The notes: generated by a model from the sequence alone, not told the origin. A stretch of 64,000 nucleotides of DNA from Anaeromyxobacteraceae bacterium (GCA_032654565.1 JAULAX010000017.1:256001-320000), one strand, 5' to 3'; shown: positions 41,991 through 53,456, counted from the stretch's first letter. Numbers and translations: made by a program.

Positions 41991-43952
41991 TTACGGTCGC
42001 TTGCCCGGTCGCCGCGAGGGCAGGCGCGCCAGCGCTTCGATGGCGGCGCGGCGGACCCGGCCGGTGTAGTCGCTCTTCATCGCCTCCATCGCCGCCGAGG
42101 AAGGCTCGTGGCGCAGCCGCCCCAGCGCCCGGACCGCCGCCTCGCGGACCTCGCTCCGCTCGCTGGTCACCAGGGCGGCGACCGGCGGACCCGCCTCGGC
42201 CCCGGCCAGCGCGGCCAGCGCGTCGATGGCCTCCGGCAGCCAGGCCCCCTCGCCTCGCCCCACCAGCTCGAGGAGCGGCTTGACGCCCCCCGAGGCCCCC
42301 AGCTGGGCCAGGGCCTGGACCGCGGCCGCGGTCGACTCCCCCTCCAGCAACCTGGCCAGACCGGTGGCGGCCTCGGCGCCCCCGGTCCGGGCCAGCGCCC
42401 GGGCCAGCTCGATACGCCACCCGCCGTCCGCCACCCGGGTCTGGGCGGCAGCCCGGACCAGCGGCTGGGCCCCGGCCTCGCCGAGCCGCCCGAGCGCCCC
42501 GGCGGCCGCGGCTTGCACCGTCCGATCCGGATCGGCCAGCGCCTTCTCCAGCTCGGGGATGGCCGCCACCCCGCCCAGCCAGCCCTGCCCGTCCACCGCC
42601 CCGGCCCGGATGGCCGGCGACGGGTCGCCCAGCCCCCGCGCCAGGAGCGGCGCCATCCCGTCGGCCCGCAGCCGTCCTCCGGCGGCCAGCAGCGCCCCCA
42701 GCTCTTCCGCCTCGGGCGGCGCCAGGAAGGCCGGCGGGCTCCGGGCGTCGCTGAGCAGCCTGGCGCGCACCTCGTCGATCCGCCTGGAGAGCGCGGTGGC
42801 CCGCTCGGCGACGCCGCTCGCCGCCCCCGGCCAGCCGGTCACCCCCAGCCCCCGGGCCGCCGCGGCGCGCACCGCCGGCTCGCCTCCCCGGGCCGAGAGC
42901 AGCCCGAGCAGCCGTCGGCTCACCGCCTCGGCGTCGGCGCCGTCCCAGCGCAGCTCGGCCAGGGCCGCCAGCGCCGCCGGTTCGCCGGCCCGGCCGATCC
43001 GGTTGAGCAGCGGCTTGAGCGGGCAGCTGGCCCCCCGCTGGCGCGCCAGGCGGGCCGCCTGCGTGACCCGGGCCGGATCGGCGCTGCGCACGGCCACGGC
43101 GCAGAGCGCCCCGGCCACCTCGGAGGCCTTGGGGAGCGCCCCCAGCGCCGCCATGGCCGCCGCGCCCGGCGCCCCGCCCCGCTCGGCCACACCGGCCAGG
43201 CTGTCGGCGGTGCCCGGGTCACCGAGCAGCCTGAGGCCGTCGGCGGCCGCCTCGGCCAGGCCGGGGCGCTGCGAGGCCAGCAGCCGCTCCAGCCGGATCC
43301 GCGCCTCTCGATCCCCGGTGGCCCCGAGCCCGCGGGCCACCCCGGCCACCAGCACCGGGTCGAGCCGGTCTCCCTCGGTCAGCAGCGCCACCAGCCGGGT
43401 CACCGCCTCGACCCGCCCGCTGGCGCCCAGCTCCTCGGCCGCGCCGGCCCGCTCCGACGGGCTGCCACGCTCCAGCGCCGAGAGGTTCCGCTCGTAGTTG
43501 ATGCGCGCCTCGGCCTCCACCGCCTCGCGCAGCGTGCCGCCGATCGAGACCAGGGCCTCGGCGATGGCCGCCCGGCCGGCCGAGCTGGCCACCGCGTACC
43601 CGGCCAGCAGCCGGGCCTTTCCGCCGGCGCCGGGGGCCAGCCGGGAGAGCCCCCGCGCCGCGGCGCGCGCCACCGCCGGCTCGGCGTCCCCCAGCATCGA
43701 CCCCAGCCCCTCGGCGGCGCGCGGCCCGCCCAGCTCCACCAGCGCCTCGGCCGCGGCCAGCCTCACCTCGACGCTGCGGTCGGCCTGGGCCAGCAGCAGC
43801 GCCGGCAGCGCCTGCGCCGGGCTGTCGCCGCCGAGGCGACGGACGGCGGCGGCGCGCCGCTGCGGATCCGGTGAGTCGAGGTCGGCCCGGGAGGGGCAGC
43901 CGGTCCCGAACGAGGCGACCAGCAGCAGGACGAGGGTGCGGTGGGGAAGCAT
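41991..43952 (-). CDS. HEAT-repeat protein, probable lipoprotein
   Basis: Signal ending FGTGC; many VR.AA..ALG repeats. Confidence 0.75.
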   Translation of the reverse strand: MLPHRTLVLLLVASFGTGCPSRADLDSPDPQRRAAAVRRLGGDSPAQALPALLLAQADRSVEVRLAAAEALVELGGPRAAEGLGSMLGDAEPAVARAAARGLSRLAPGAGGKARLLAGYAVASSAGRAAIAEALVSIGGTLREAVEAEARINYERNLSALERGSPSERAGAAEELGASGRVEAVTRLVALLTEGDRLDPVLVAGVARGLGATGDREARIRLERLLASQRPGLAEAAADGLRLLGDPGTADSLAGVAERGGAPGAAAMAALGALPKASEVAGALCAVAVRSADPARVTQAARLARQRGASCPLKPLLNRIGRAGEPAALAALAELRWDGADAEAVSRRLLGLLSARGGEPAVRAAAARGLGVTGWPGAASGVAERATALSRRIDEVRARLLSDARSPPAFLAPPEAEELGALLAAGGRLRADGMAPLLARGLGDPSPAIRAGAVDGQGWLGGVAAIPELEKALADPDRTVQAAAAGALGRLGEAGAQPLVRAAAQTRVADGGWRIELARALARTGGAEAATGLARLLEGESTAAAVQALAQLGASGGVKPLLELVGRGEGAWLPEAIDALAALAGAEAGPPVAALVTSERSEVREAAVRALGRLRHEPSSAAMEAMKSDYTGRVRRAAIEALARLPSRRPGKRP

Positions 43953-44026
43953 TGCCCCCACTGTCCCGCGCCGCCTCCCGGCGCCGCAAGCGAAAGCGGT
44001 CCCTCCCGGGAGCCGAGAATGGGTGG

Positions 44027-45331
44027 CTACCGGCCGGAGCGCGGAGGGCGCCCGCCCGGGGACCGCCCGCCGAATCCGCCGGAGCGCCCGCCGCTGGGGC
44101 GCTGCGGCTGGCCCGAGCGCGCCGCCCGCTCCTGCCGGCTGCCGCGGCTCGGCCTCGCCTTCCGGTCGCCCGGGGCCGGACGGCTGCCCGGGGCGGTCCG
44201 CTCCGGCGTGACGCCGTGGGCCGGGCCGGTGGTCCGCTCGGTGCGGGCCGTGCGGTCGGTGCGCTCCGTCCGGCCGGTGCGGGCCGTGCGCTGGTCGCGC
44301 CCTTCCCGCCCGGCCCCGCCGCCGCGTCCGTCCCGGCCGCCCCGCTCCGGTCGCTCACCACGGCGCTCCGGGCGGCCCGGCCGCTCCGCCCTGGGCTTCG
44401 GCCCGGCCTTGGCCTTGGCCCTGGCCTCGGCGCTGGGGGCGTTGTTCTCCTCGAACTCGCGCTGGTCGCCGGCGTGGCCGGGGCGCCTGGTCCCGGCGTG
44501 GGTGGCCGCCTGCGGGGGCGGGCCGTGGCCGTGGCGCCGCCCCGCCTTGGGGAGGTCGTGCGGCATGACGGTGCGGCCCGGCTCGCCCCCCTCCATCCCC
44601 ACCGCCCCGCGCATGGTCTGGACCTCCTCGGAGGTCAGGTCGCGCCAGTGGCCGGGGCGCAGGCGGGCCACGGTGATGCCGCCGAACTCCGGCCGGTAGA
44701 GCCGCAGCACCGGCAGCCCCACCGACTCGCAGAGCCGCTTCACCAGGTGGAACCGCCCCTCCCCCACCACGATCCTCACCCAGGTGTTGGTCTCCACCTT
44801 CTCGTGGACGTCGGCGCTGAGCGCCTTGGCCGGACCGTCCTCGAGCCGCACCCCCTCCACCAGGCGGCGCAGCGCCGCCTCGTCGGGCACCCCCTTGGTC
44901 TTGACCAGGTAGACGCGCCGGTGGCCGTAGCGGGGGTGGGCCAGCCGGTTGGCCAGCTCGCCGTCGTCGGTGAAGAGCAGCGCCCCCTCGGCGTCGTAGT
45001 CGAGCCGCCCCACCGGGAAGACCCGCTCCTCGACGCCGGAGAGGTAGCCGCGGGCGGTGGGTCGCCCCTGCGGATCGGAGAGCGTGGTGACGCAGCCGGG
45101 CGGCTTGTAGAGCAGGATGTAGCGCCGCGCCTGGTTCTGCTCCAGCGGCTGGCCGTCCACCACCACCAGGTCGCGCCCCGGCGTCACCTTGGTGCCCAGC
45201 TCCTTCACCACCAGGCCGTTCACCTTGACCCGGCCGGACTGGATGATCTCCTCGGCCTTGCGGCGGGAGGCCAGGCCGGCGTCGGCGAGGAACTTCTGCA
45301 GTCGGACGGTGCCGGTGCTGGGCTTGCTCAT
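44027..45331 (-). CDS. rluB: rRNA pseudouridine synthase with S4 domain and Arg-rich tail
   Basis: RLQKFLADAGLASRRKAE, FPVGRLDYDAEG; directly downstream of scpB. Confidence 0.88.
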   Translation of the reverse strand: MSKPSTGTVRLQKFLADAGLASRRKAEEIIQSGRVKVNGLVVKELGTKVTPGRDLVVVDGQPLEQNQARRYILLYKPPGCVTTLSDPQGRPTARGYLSGVEERVFPVGRLDYDAEGALLFTDDGELANRLAHPRYGHRRVYLVKTKGVPDEAALRRLVEGVRLEDGPAKALSADVHEKVETNTWVRIVVGEGRFHLVKRLCESVGLPVLRLYRPEFGGITVARLRPGHWRDLTSEEVQTMRGAVGMEGGEPGRTVMPHDLPKAGRRHGHGPPPQAATHAGTRRPGHAGDQREFEENNAPSAEARAKAKAGPKPRAERPGRPERRGERPERGGRDGRGGGAGREGRDQRTARTGRTERTDRTARTERTTGPAHGVTPERTAPGSRPAPGDRKARPSRGSRQERAARSGQPQRPSGGRSGGFGGRSPGGRPPRSGR

Positions 45332-46263
45332 GTGGTCCCCGTGGGTTCGTCGGGCGGGTGGTCTTCCGGCGGCGTGGCCAGCGCGGCCTCGGCGGCGCGG
45401 GAGACGGTGTCGGCCACCGCCAGCGCCTTCTCCAGCTCGTCGAGCGCGGCGTCCGACTCGGCCTGGCGGGCCTCCAGCTCGGCCACCAGCGTCGGGTCGG
45501 CCAGCCCCTCGACGATGCCGGCCGCCGGCGTCTCGGGCTGCTGCTCGACGATCTCGCGGTGCTCCTCGGAGAGCTCGTGGAACTCGCGCAGCGTCGGCAG
45601 CGAGGCCAGGTCCTTGAGCGCGAAGAACTCGAGGAACTCGCGCGAGGTGCCGTAGAGGATGGGGCGGCCCGGCTCCTCCTTCTTGCCGAGGATCTTGAGC
45701 AGCTTGCGGTCGAGCAGCGCCTTGACCACCGCGCCGCTGTCGACGCCGCGGATCTCCTCGACCTCGGGGCGGGTCACCGGCTGCCGGTAGGCGATGATGG
45801 CCAGGGTCTCCAGCGCGGCGCGGGTGAGCCGCTGCGGCTTGACCTTGAGGAAGCGGCGGGCGAAGGCGGAGTTGTCCGGCGAGCTGCGCAGCTGCCAGCC
45901 GCCGGCCACCTCGTGGAGCACCACGCCGCAGGGCCCCTCGCGGTAGTGGCCGGAGAGCTGGTCGAGCGCCTTCTCGATCCGCTCCGCCTCGAGGCCGCTG
46001 GCCTGGCGGATCTCCTCGACGGTGAGGGGGCGCTCGGCGAGGAACAGCAGGGTCTCGACCACGGTGCGGACCCGGTCGACCCCCAGCCGCTTGGCCGCCG
46101 CCGCCAGCTTCTCGAACGGCTCCTCCTTCTCCTCGGCCACGTCGATCTCGGCCGGCTCGACCTCGTCGAGCGCCGGATCGGCCTTGGCCTCCTCGGCCGC
46201 CTGGAGCTGGGCCAGCTCCTCGGCGGAGACGCCCGGGGCCGGCGGTGGGTGCGGCTGGTTCAT
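45328..46263 (-). CDS. scpB: SMC-Scp complex subunit ScpB
   Basis: EVAGGWQLR, LTRAALETLAIIAYRQPVTR..EEIRGV, PGRPILYGT. Confidence 0.96.
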   Translation of the reverse strand: MNQPHPPPAPGVSAEELAQLQAAEEAKADPALDEVEPAEIDVAEEKEEPFEKLAAAAKRLGVDRVRTVVETLLFLAERPLTVEEIRQASGLEAERIEKALDQLSGHYREGPCGVVLHEVAGGWQLRSSPDNSAFARRFLKVKPQRLTRAALETLAIIAYRQPVTRPEVEEIRGVDSGAVVKALLDRKLLKILGKKEEPGRPILYGTSREFLEFFALKDLASLPTLREFHELSEEHREIVEQQPETPAAGIVEGLADPTLVAELEARQAESDAALDELEKALAVADTVSRAAEAALATPPEDHPPDEPTGTT

Positions 46264-47147
46264 CGGTACTCCTCCTGCGAGCCGGGGGAGACCCCGTCGC
46301 CGAGCGTGTCCTTGGCCTCGACCAGGATCTCCGAGCCGACCTCGCCGGCCTCGTCGATGGAGGCCTGGTAGATGCGGATCAGCTTGAGCTTGGCCATCTC
46401 GAGGATGGCCAGGAAGGTGGCGATGACCTCGGCGCGGGTGTTGGGCGCGCCCTGCTCGCCGCGCAGCAGCTCCTCGAAGCTGGCCCGGCCGTTCAGGCGC
46501 AGCACCTCCACCACCCGGGCGATGGCGTCGGTGATGGAGAGCCGGTCGGTGAAGATCTCGTGGGTGGTGTCGGGCCGGGCGTTCTTGAGGGCCCGGTCCA
46601 GCGCCTCGATGAGCTTGAAGATGGAGATGTCGGCCAGCCCCTCCGGGCCGTCGGCCGCCGCCGGCCGCTCCGCCCGGGCCCGCCGGGTGAAGACGGTCCG
46701 CTCCAGGATGTCGCGCTCGCCCAGCTCGGCGCCCGCCGCCTTGTACTTCTGGTAGACCAGCAGCCGCCGCACCAGCTCGGCGCGGGGGTCGGCGCCGGTC
46801 TCCTCCGGCTCGGCGTCCTCGGCCACCTCGGTGCGCGGCAGCAGCAGCTTGCTCTTCATGAGCATGAGCTGCGCCGCCATGTCGAGGAAGCTGCCGGCCA
46901 CGTCGATGTCCAGCTCGCGCAGCAGCTCCAGCGCCGCCAGGTAGCTCTCGGTGATGCGGGCGATGGGGATGTCGAGGATCTCGACCTGGTGCTCCTTGAC
47001 CAGGTGGAGCAGCAGGTCGAGCGGCCCCTCGAAGGGCGGCTCGCCCGGCCGGAAGGGGGGCAGCGAGAGGCGGAAGGCGTCCACCGGGCGAGCCGGGGCC
47101 TCCTCGGCGGCGCCCGCGGCGCCCAGCTCTTCCCCCTGCGTCGACAT
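46260..47147 (-). CDS. scpA: Segregation/condensation protein ScpA
   Basis: FEGPLDLLLHL, FL.MAA.L...KSKLLLP, FLAILEM. Confidence 0.96.
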   Translation of the reverse strand: MSTQGEELGAAGAAEEAPARPVDAFRLSLPPFRPGEPPFEGPLDLLLHLVKEHQVEILDIPIARITESYLAALELLRELDIDVAGSFLDMAAQLMLMKSKLLLPRTEVAEDAEPEETGADPRAELVRRLLVYQKYKAAGAELGERDILERTVFTRRARAERPAAADGPEGLADISIFKLIEALDRALKNARPDTTHEIFTDRLSITDAIARVVEVLRLNGRASFEELLRGEQGAPNTRAEVIATFLAILEMAKLKLIRIYQASIDEAGEVGSEILVEAKDTLGDGVSPGSQEEYR

Positions 47148-47175
47148 CGCCCTGGCCGCTCCCCGCCCCGCCAGC

Positions 47176-48168
<993 letters not shown>

Positions 48169-48178
48169 GTGGTGCTCC

Positions 48179-48826
48179 TCAGGCCAGGGCCCGGGTGAGC
48201 TCGAAGAGCAGCGAGGCCAGCGACTGGATGGGCCCCGAGACCAGCCGGCCACCGAACATGAAGACGGCGATGAGCAGGAAGGGGGCGAACCGCTCCAGGT
48301 CGTGCCACATGGTGCGCAGCCGGTAGGGCAGCACCCAGGCGACGATGCGGCTGCCGTCGAGCGGCGGGATGGGGATGAGGTTGAAGAGCGCCAGGCTGAC
48401 GTTGAGCAGCACCATGTTGACGAGGAAGAAGCGGGCCGGCTGGCCGTTCTCCACCAGCTCCGGCGCCAGGCGGAAGGTCAGGCCGAGGCCGACGGCGGCC
48501 AGGATCGCCAGCACCAGGTTGGAGAGGGGCCCGGCGGCGGCGGTGATGGCCATGCCCCGCCCCATGGTGACGGTGCGCCGGAAGCGGGCCGGATCGACCG
48601 GGACCGGCTTGGCCCAGCCGAAGGGGATGGGCGAGAAGAGCGGGAGCAGGATGGTGCCGAGCAGGTCGATGTGGCTCAAGGGGTTGAGCGTGAGCCGGCC
48701 GGCGCGCGAGGCGGTGTCGTCGCCGAGCTTCCACGCGCTCCAGGCGTGGGCGAACTCGTGGACGGTGAGCGACAAGATCGACAGCGGCAGCCACATCAGC
48801 CGCCAGACAAAATCAGGACTCGCCAA
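48179..48826 (-). CDS. Site-2 protease (M50 family)
   Basis: HEFAH, GRLTLNPL.H.D, GWAKPV, AGPLSN, FNLIPIPPLDG; TTG start. Confidence 0.93.
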   Translation of the reverse strand: MASPDFVWRLMWLPLSILSLTVHEFAHAWSAWKLGDDTASRAGRLTLNPLSHIDLLGTILLPLFSPIPFGWAKPVPVDPARFRRTVTMGRGMAITAAAGPLSNLVLAILAAVGLGLTFRLAPELVENGQPARFFLVNMVLLNVSLALFNLIPIPPLDGSRIVAWVLPYRLRTMWHDLERFAPFLLIAVFMFGGRLVSGPIQSLASLLFELTRALA

Positions 48827-48966
48827 GGGGGGACCTCTCCGAAAGAAGAGTGGTTTAGCAGCGCTTGGCGCTCCGGGTCAACGCGCCGCTCGGTGGCGCG
48901 AAGCGCCGTGGTGACGGGACTTTGCAGCGTGCGCCGCGGCGGGGATGGGGGCGGCCCGGGGGCGCC

Positions 48967-49863
48967 TCAGGCGCGCGGGTGGAAGCGGTCGTAGAGCCGG
49001 CGCGCCTGGGTGGTGTCGACGTGGGTGTAGATCTGCGTGGTGGCCACGTCGGCGTGCCCCAGCATGGCCTGCACCGCCCGCAGGTCGGCGCCGCCGGCCA
49101 GCAGGTGGGTGGCGAAGGAGTGGCGCAGCTTGTGGGGCGAGATGGCCCGGCCGATGCCGGCGGCCCGGCCGTGGCGGACCAGCAGCCGGGCGAAGCCGTG
49201 GCGGGTCATGCGCCCTCCCCTGGAGGTGACGAACAGGTCCGGGGAGCGCCGCCCCTTGAGCAGGAGCTCGCGGGCGCCACCCAGGTAGGCCCGGATCGAC
49301 TCGGCGGCCGGGGCCCCCACCGGCACCAGCCGCTCCTTGTTCCCCTTCCCCCGCGCCACCAGCACCCGGGTCTCCAGGTTGACGTCGTTCAAGGTGAGGC
49401 CGACCAGCTCCGAGACCCGCAGCCCGGTGGCGTAGAGCAGCTCCAGCATGGCCCGGTCGCGCCGCCCCGCCGCGGTGCGCGGATCCGGGGTGACCAGCAG
49501 CCGGGCGCACTCCTCCGGCGAGAGCGGCCGCGGCAGCTTCCGCTCCCGGCGCGGCGAGTCGACCTCGTCGGCCGGGTCGGTGGGGGTCAGCTTCTCGGCC
49601 ACCAGCAGCCGGTGGAAGGTGCGGATGGCGGAGAGGGCCCGGGCCTGGGAGCGCGGGGAGAGGCCGCGCCCCACCAGCCCGGCCAGGTGGTCCTGGACGT
49701 GGCGCCTCGTCACCTCGGCCCAGCGTGCGACCCCGGCCGCGGCCAGGTGGTCGAGGTAGCCGCGCAGGTCGTGGCCGTACCCCTCCACGGTGTTGGCGGA
49801 GAGCCCCTTCTCCACGCGGACGTGGACCAGGAAGAGATCGAGGGCGGGGTCGAGCGGGGACAT
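48967..49863 (-). CDS. xerD: Tyrosine recombinase XerD
   Basis: EKGLSANT..Y..DL, RDRAMLELLYATGLRVSEL, GKGNKERLVP, SPHKLRHSFATHLL.GGADLR.VQ.MLGH, TTQIYTHV. Confidence 0.92.
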   Translation of the reverse strand: MSPLDPALDLFLVHVRVEKGLSANTVEGYGHDLRGYLDHLAAAGVARWAEVTRRHVQDHLAGLVGRGLSPRSQARALSAIRTFHRLLVAEKLTPTDPADEVDSPRRERKLPRPLSPEECARLLVTPDPRTAAGRRDRAMLELLYATGLRVSELVGLTLNDVNLETRVLVARGKGNKERLVPVGAPAAESIRAYLGGARELLLKGRRSPDLFVTSRGGRMTRHGFARLLVRHGRAAGIGRAISPHKLRHSFATHLLAGGADLRAVQAMLGHADVATTQIYTHVDTTQARRLYDRFHPRA

Positions 49864-49986
49864 CGCGGCGACGATATCGCCGCGGCCGGCCGAGTCCAGT
49901 AACGGGCCAGGCGCCGTCGACCGCCCAGCGCCACGGCCAGCGAAAGGTCCAGCCACGGCCGGGCCTGCGCCGCGCCTCCCGCCCGC

Positions 49987-50610
49987 TCAGGTGAGCAGGT
50001 CGGAGACGTCGCCCTTGCCGACCCGCACCACCACCGGCTCCGGGCCGGAGAGGTCGATCACCGAGGAGGGCTCGTTGGCCAGGGCGCCGCCGTCGAGGAT
50101 GAGCTCGAGCCCATGCCCCAGCTGCTCCTTGACGTCGCGGGCGTCCATCAGCACCTCGCCGTCCGGGGTGGCCGCCGAGGTCGAGATGATGGGGTGGCCG
50201 AGCCGGCGGACCAGCTCCAGGGCGATGGGGCTGTCGGGGATGCGGATGCCCACCGTCTTCTGCCGGCGCAGCACCAGGTCCGGCACCAGCCGGGTGGCCG
50301 GGAGGATGAAGGTGAAGGGGCCCGGCACCTTGCGGCGCAGCACCCGGTAGGCGGCGTTGTCGACGATGGCGTAGCGGGCGATCTCGGCCAGGTCCTGGCA
50401 GATGAAGGAGAGCGCCTGGGTGCGCGGCAGCTGCTTGAGCAGGTAGATGCGCTCGATGGCCCGCTTGTCGAACAGGTCGCAGCCGAGGCCGTAGTAGGTG
50501 TCGGTGGGGAAGGCCAGCAGCCCGCCCCCGGAGAGGGCCGACACGGCCCGCTCGATGACCCGCGGCTGGGGGTTGACCGGATCGATCTCGACGATGTTGG
50601 CGACCGCCAT
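49987..50610 (-). CDS. Sua5/YciO/YrdC family protein
   Basis: PVNPQPR, FPTDTYYGLGC, PGPFTFIL, KTVGIRIP, STSA. Confidence 0.92.
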   Translation of the reverse strand: MAVANIVEIDPVNPQPRVIERAVSALSGGGLLAFPTDTYYGLGCDLFDKRAIERIYLLKQLPRTQALSFICQDLAEIARYAIVDNAAYRVLRRKVPGPFTFILPATRLVPDLVLRRQKTVGIRIPDSPIALELVRRLGHPIISTSAATPDGEVLMDARDVKEQLGHGLELILDGGALANEPSSVIDLSGPEPVVVRVGKGDVSDLLT

Positions 50611-50627
50611 CTGGAGATTTTAGCAGC

Positions 50628-53411
50628 TTACCGGTCGGGACGGGAGAGCGCCGCGGTGATGGCCTCGACCACCTGGGTGGCCACCTCGCCGAGCAGCCGC
50701 GCCCCCTGCTCGGTCCGCACGTAGAAGGCGTCGGCGGCCCGGTGCCCCTCGGTGGTGATGCGGGCCAGGTCCACGGTGAGGCCGAGCTCGAAGAAGGTGC
50801 GGGCCAGGGTGTGCAGCAGCCCGACCCGGTCGGCGCAGAAGACGTCGACCACCGAGTGGCTGCGGGCGCTGTCGTTGTCGATGACCACCTTGACCGCCAG
50901 CCGGGGCAGCGGCTTGGCCGGCAGGCTGGAGGCGCGCAGGCGCCGCTCCATCACCGCCTCCAGCGTCTCGCGGCCGCCCAGCACCCGGTCGAGATCGCGC
51001 CGGGCCGACCGCCAGCGCAGCGGCTCCAGCGGGCCGTCCTCCGGGCCGCGCAGCGCGAAGATGTCGAGCGCCCGGCCCGCCACCGGCCCCAGCCCAGGTT
51101 CGTCGGGCGTGGAGAAGACCTCGGCGTGCTGGATGTCGATGCGGTGGGCCGCCAGCACCCCGGTGACGGTGGCCAGCAGGCCGGGCCGGTCGAAGGCGGT
51201 GAGGTGGACCTCGGAGTGGCCGAGGCCGGCGGGGTGGCGGATCCAGGCGGCCATGGGGCGCTGCCGCCCCAGCCGGAAGAGCCGCAGGTGGCGCGGCGCC
51301 TGGTCCGGCGGCACGGTGACGAAGTAGCGGGCCGGCATGGCCTCGATGAAGCGGGCCTGCTCCTCCAGGGAGATGCCGCTGGAGTGGGCCGCCAGCGCCG
51401 CCCGGGCCCGCCCCCGCCCCTCCGACTCGGCGGTGCCCGGCTCGGGACGCCGCTCGCCCCGCGCCAGCACGGCCCGGGTCTTCTCGAAGAGCTCCTTCAG
51501 CAGCCGGGCCTTGAACTCGGTCCAGGTCCGCGGGCCGACGGTGGCGATGTCGGCGTAGGTGAGCAGGTAGAGCTTCTCCAGCCGGTCGACGGTGCCGACC
51601 TCCTCGGCGAAGGCGTGGATCAGGTCGGGGTCGGACAGGTCGCGCCGCTGCGAGATCGAGGACATGCGCAGGTGGCGGGCCACCAGCCACTCGATGTCGG
51701 CGGCGTCGGCCGGGTCGACGCCCATGCGCAGGCAGGCCTCGGCGGAGATCTCGGCGCCGCGGGCCGAGTGATCCTTGCCGCTCCCCTTGCCGATGTCGTG
51801 GAAGAGGGTGCCGAGGTAGAGCGGCAGCGGCCGCGCCAGCGCCTGCATCAGCGCCGTCAGCCCCTCCTCCTGCACGTCGCCGCAGCGGAGCGCCAGCAGC
51901 CGCCGCACCGCGAACAGCGAGTGAACGTCCACGGTGTACACGTGGTAGACGTCGATCTGGCGCCGCGCCGTGATGCGCGCGAACTCCGGCAGCACCCGCT
52001 GGAAGACGCCCAGCTCGTGCATGCGGGTGAGGAAGCGGCCCCGCGTCCCCTTGCGGGTGAAGCAGCCGAGCAGCTCGGCGTTCATCTCGGCGTCGTCGGC
52101 GGCCCCCGCCGGCAGCGCCTCGGCGGCCTCGGTGGCCTGGTCACGGGCGTAGGGGTAGAGATCCAGCCCCTCGCGGTCGGCGGCGGCGAAGAGCCGGACC
52201 AGCGCCGCCGGGGAGCGGCGCAGCACGTCCTTGTCGATGAGCGAGAGGCGGCCCCGGAAGATCTTGAACTCGCCGCCCTCGAGGTTGCGGTCGGCGGCCC
52301 GGGCCGGCTGGCCCCGCACCGTGGGCACCGCCTTCTCCGCCCCGGTCATGGCCGCCGGCGGCGGCACGGTGCGCCAGCCGCTGCTCGCCTGGGGCTCCAG
52401 GCAGCGGTCGACGATGGCGTCGCAGGCCACCAGCACGGTCTTGGCGGCCAGGTAGTAGTGGCGCATGAACTGCTCCACCGCCGAGCTCTCCGGCCCGTCG
52501 GCGTAGCCCATGGCCTCGGCCACCTGCGGCTGGACGTCGAAGGTGAGCTGGTCGTTCTTGCGGCCGGAGAGGAAGTGCAGCTCGTTGCGCACCCGCCAGA
52601 TGAAGTCGCGGGCGCTGCGCATCTCCCGGACCTCCCGCTCCGGCAGCAGGGCCCGGTTGAGCAGGTCGGTGATGCCGGCCACCTTGAAGCGGACCCGGGC
52701 CGCCCAGAGCGCGCTCTGCAGGTCGCGCAGGCCGCCCTCCGACGACTTGACGTTGGGCTCCAGCAGGTAGAGCGAGTCGCCGAAGCGCTCTCGCCGCTCC
52801 CGCATCTCGGCCAGCTTGTCGCCGAGGAACTGGTCCACCTTGGCCTGGGAGAGGCCGTGCAGCTCCTCCCGCTCCAGGGCCCGGAAGAGCGCCTTGTCGC
52901 CGGTGAGGTAGCGCAGGTCGAGCAGCGCGGTGCGGGCGGTGTGGTCATCGCTGGCCAGCCGGTCGCAGGCCTTGAGGTCGCGGACCCCGTAGCCGACCTC
53001 GAGGTTGAGGTCCCAGAGCGAGTAAAGGAACTTCTCGCTGGCCGCCTTGACGAAGGGGTCGGGGCCGCCGTCGGCGTGGAGCACCAGCAGGTCGATGTCG
53101 CTGAAGGGGTTGAGCTCGCTGCGGCCGTAGCCCCCCAGCGCCACCAGCGCCACCGGGGTGGGGGCCAGGGCCGGGGCCACCGCGGCGCAGGCGCGCTCCC
53201 AGAGCGAGAGGATCAGCCCGTCCATGGCGGCGCACTGCAGCCGGACCACGGTGCGGCCGCTGCCTCCTTGCCGGTGCACCGCCTCGGCGAAGCGGCGCCG
53301 GGCCGCCAGGTCCGCCTTGGCGTCGCCGGTGAGCGGCGGCAGCTCGGCCAGCCGCTCGGAGAACTGGTACGGGCCGGGCGCGGGGAGGACGGTGCTGGGA
53401 GGGGCGCTCAT
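50628..53411 (-). CDS. glnD: [Protein-PII] uridylyltransferase
   Basis: ALGGYGR.EL.P.SDIDL, EPNVK..EGGLRD, YHVYTVDVH, HD domain, two ACT domains (DRPGLL, DRVGLL). Confidence 0.97.
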   Translation of the reverse strand: MSAPPSTVLPAPGPYQFSERLAELPPLTGDAKADLAARRRFAEAVHRQGGSGRTVVRLQCAAMDGLILSLWERACAAVAPALAPTPVALVALGGYGRSELNPFSDIDLLVLHADGGPDPFVKAASEKFLYSLWDLNLEVGYGVRDLKACDRLASDDHTARTALLDLRYLTGDKALFRALEREELHGLSQAKVDQFLGDKLAEMRERRERFGDSLYLLEPNVKSSEGGLRDLQSALWAARVRFKVAGITDLLNRALLPEREVREMRSARDFIWRVRNELHFLSGRKNDQLTFDVQPQVAEAMGYADGPESSAVEQFMRHYYLAAKTVLVACDAIVDRCLEPQASSGWRTVPPPAAMTGAEKAVPTVRGQPARAADRNLEGGEFKIFRGRLSLIDKDVLRRSPAALVRLFAAADREGLDLYPYARDQATEAAEALPAGAADDAEMNAELLGCFTRKGTRGRFLTRMHELGVFQRVLPEFARITARRQIDVYHVYTVDVHSLFAVRRLLALRCGDVQEEGLTALMQALARPLPLYLGTLFHDIGKGSGKDHSARGAEISAEACLRMGVDPADAADIEWLVARHLRMSSISQRRDLSDPDLIHAFAEEVGTVDRLEKLYLLTYADIATVGPRTWTEFKARLLKELFEKTRAVLARGERRPEPGTAESEGRGRARAALAAHSSGISLEEQARFIEAMPARYFVTVPPDQAPRHLRLFRLGRQRPMAAWIRHPAGLGHSEVHLTAFDRPGLLATVTGVLAAHRIDIQHAEVFSTPDEPGLGPVAGRALDIFALRGPEDGPLEPLRWRSARRDLDRVLGGRETLEAVMERRLRASSLPAKPLPRLAVKVVIDNDSARSHSVVDVFCADRVGLLHTLARTFFELGLTVDLARITTEGHRAADAFYVRTEQGARLLGEVATQVVEAITAALSRPDR

Positions 53412-53456
53412 CTCTCACACGGGTATAACGCGGCGGGCCGGCGGCGCGCCCGCCCG

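Noticed and set aside
44230..44292. Degenerate 9-bp repeats (RTARTGRTERTDRTARTERTT) in the rluB tail
   Set aside because: Ordinary low-complexity Arg-rich extension of an RNA-modifying enzyme
48967..49863. Tyrosine recombinase as a prophage or island integrase
   Set aside because: Length and motifs fit housekeeping XerD; it is flanked by core genes with no att repeats or cargo
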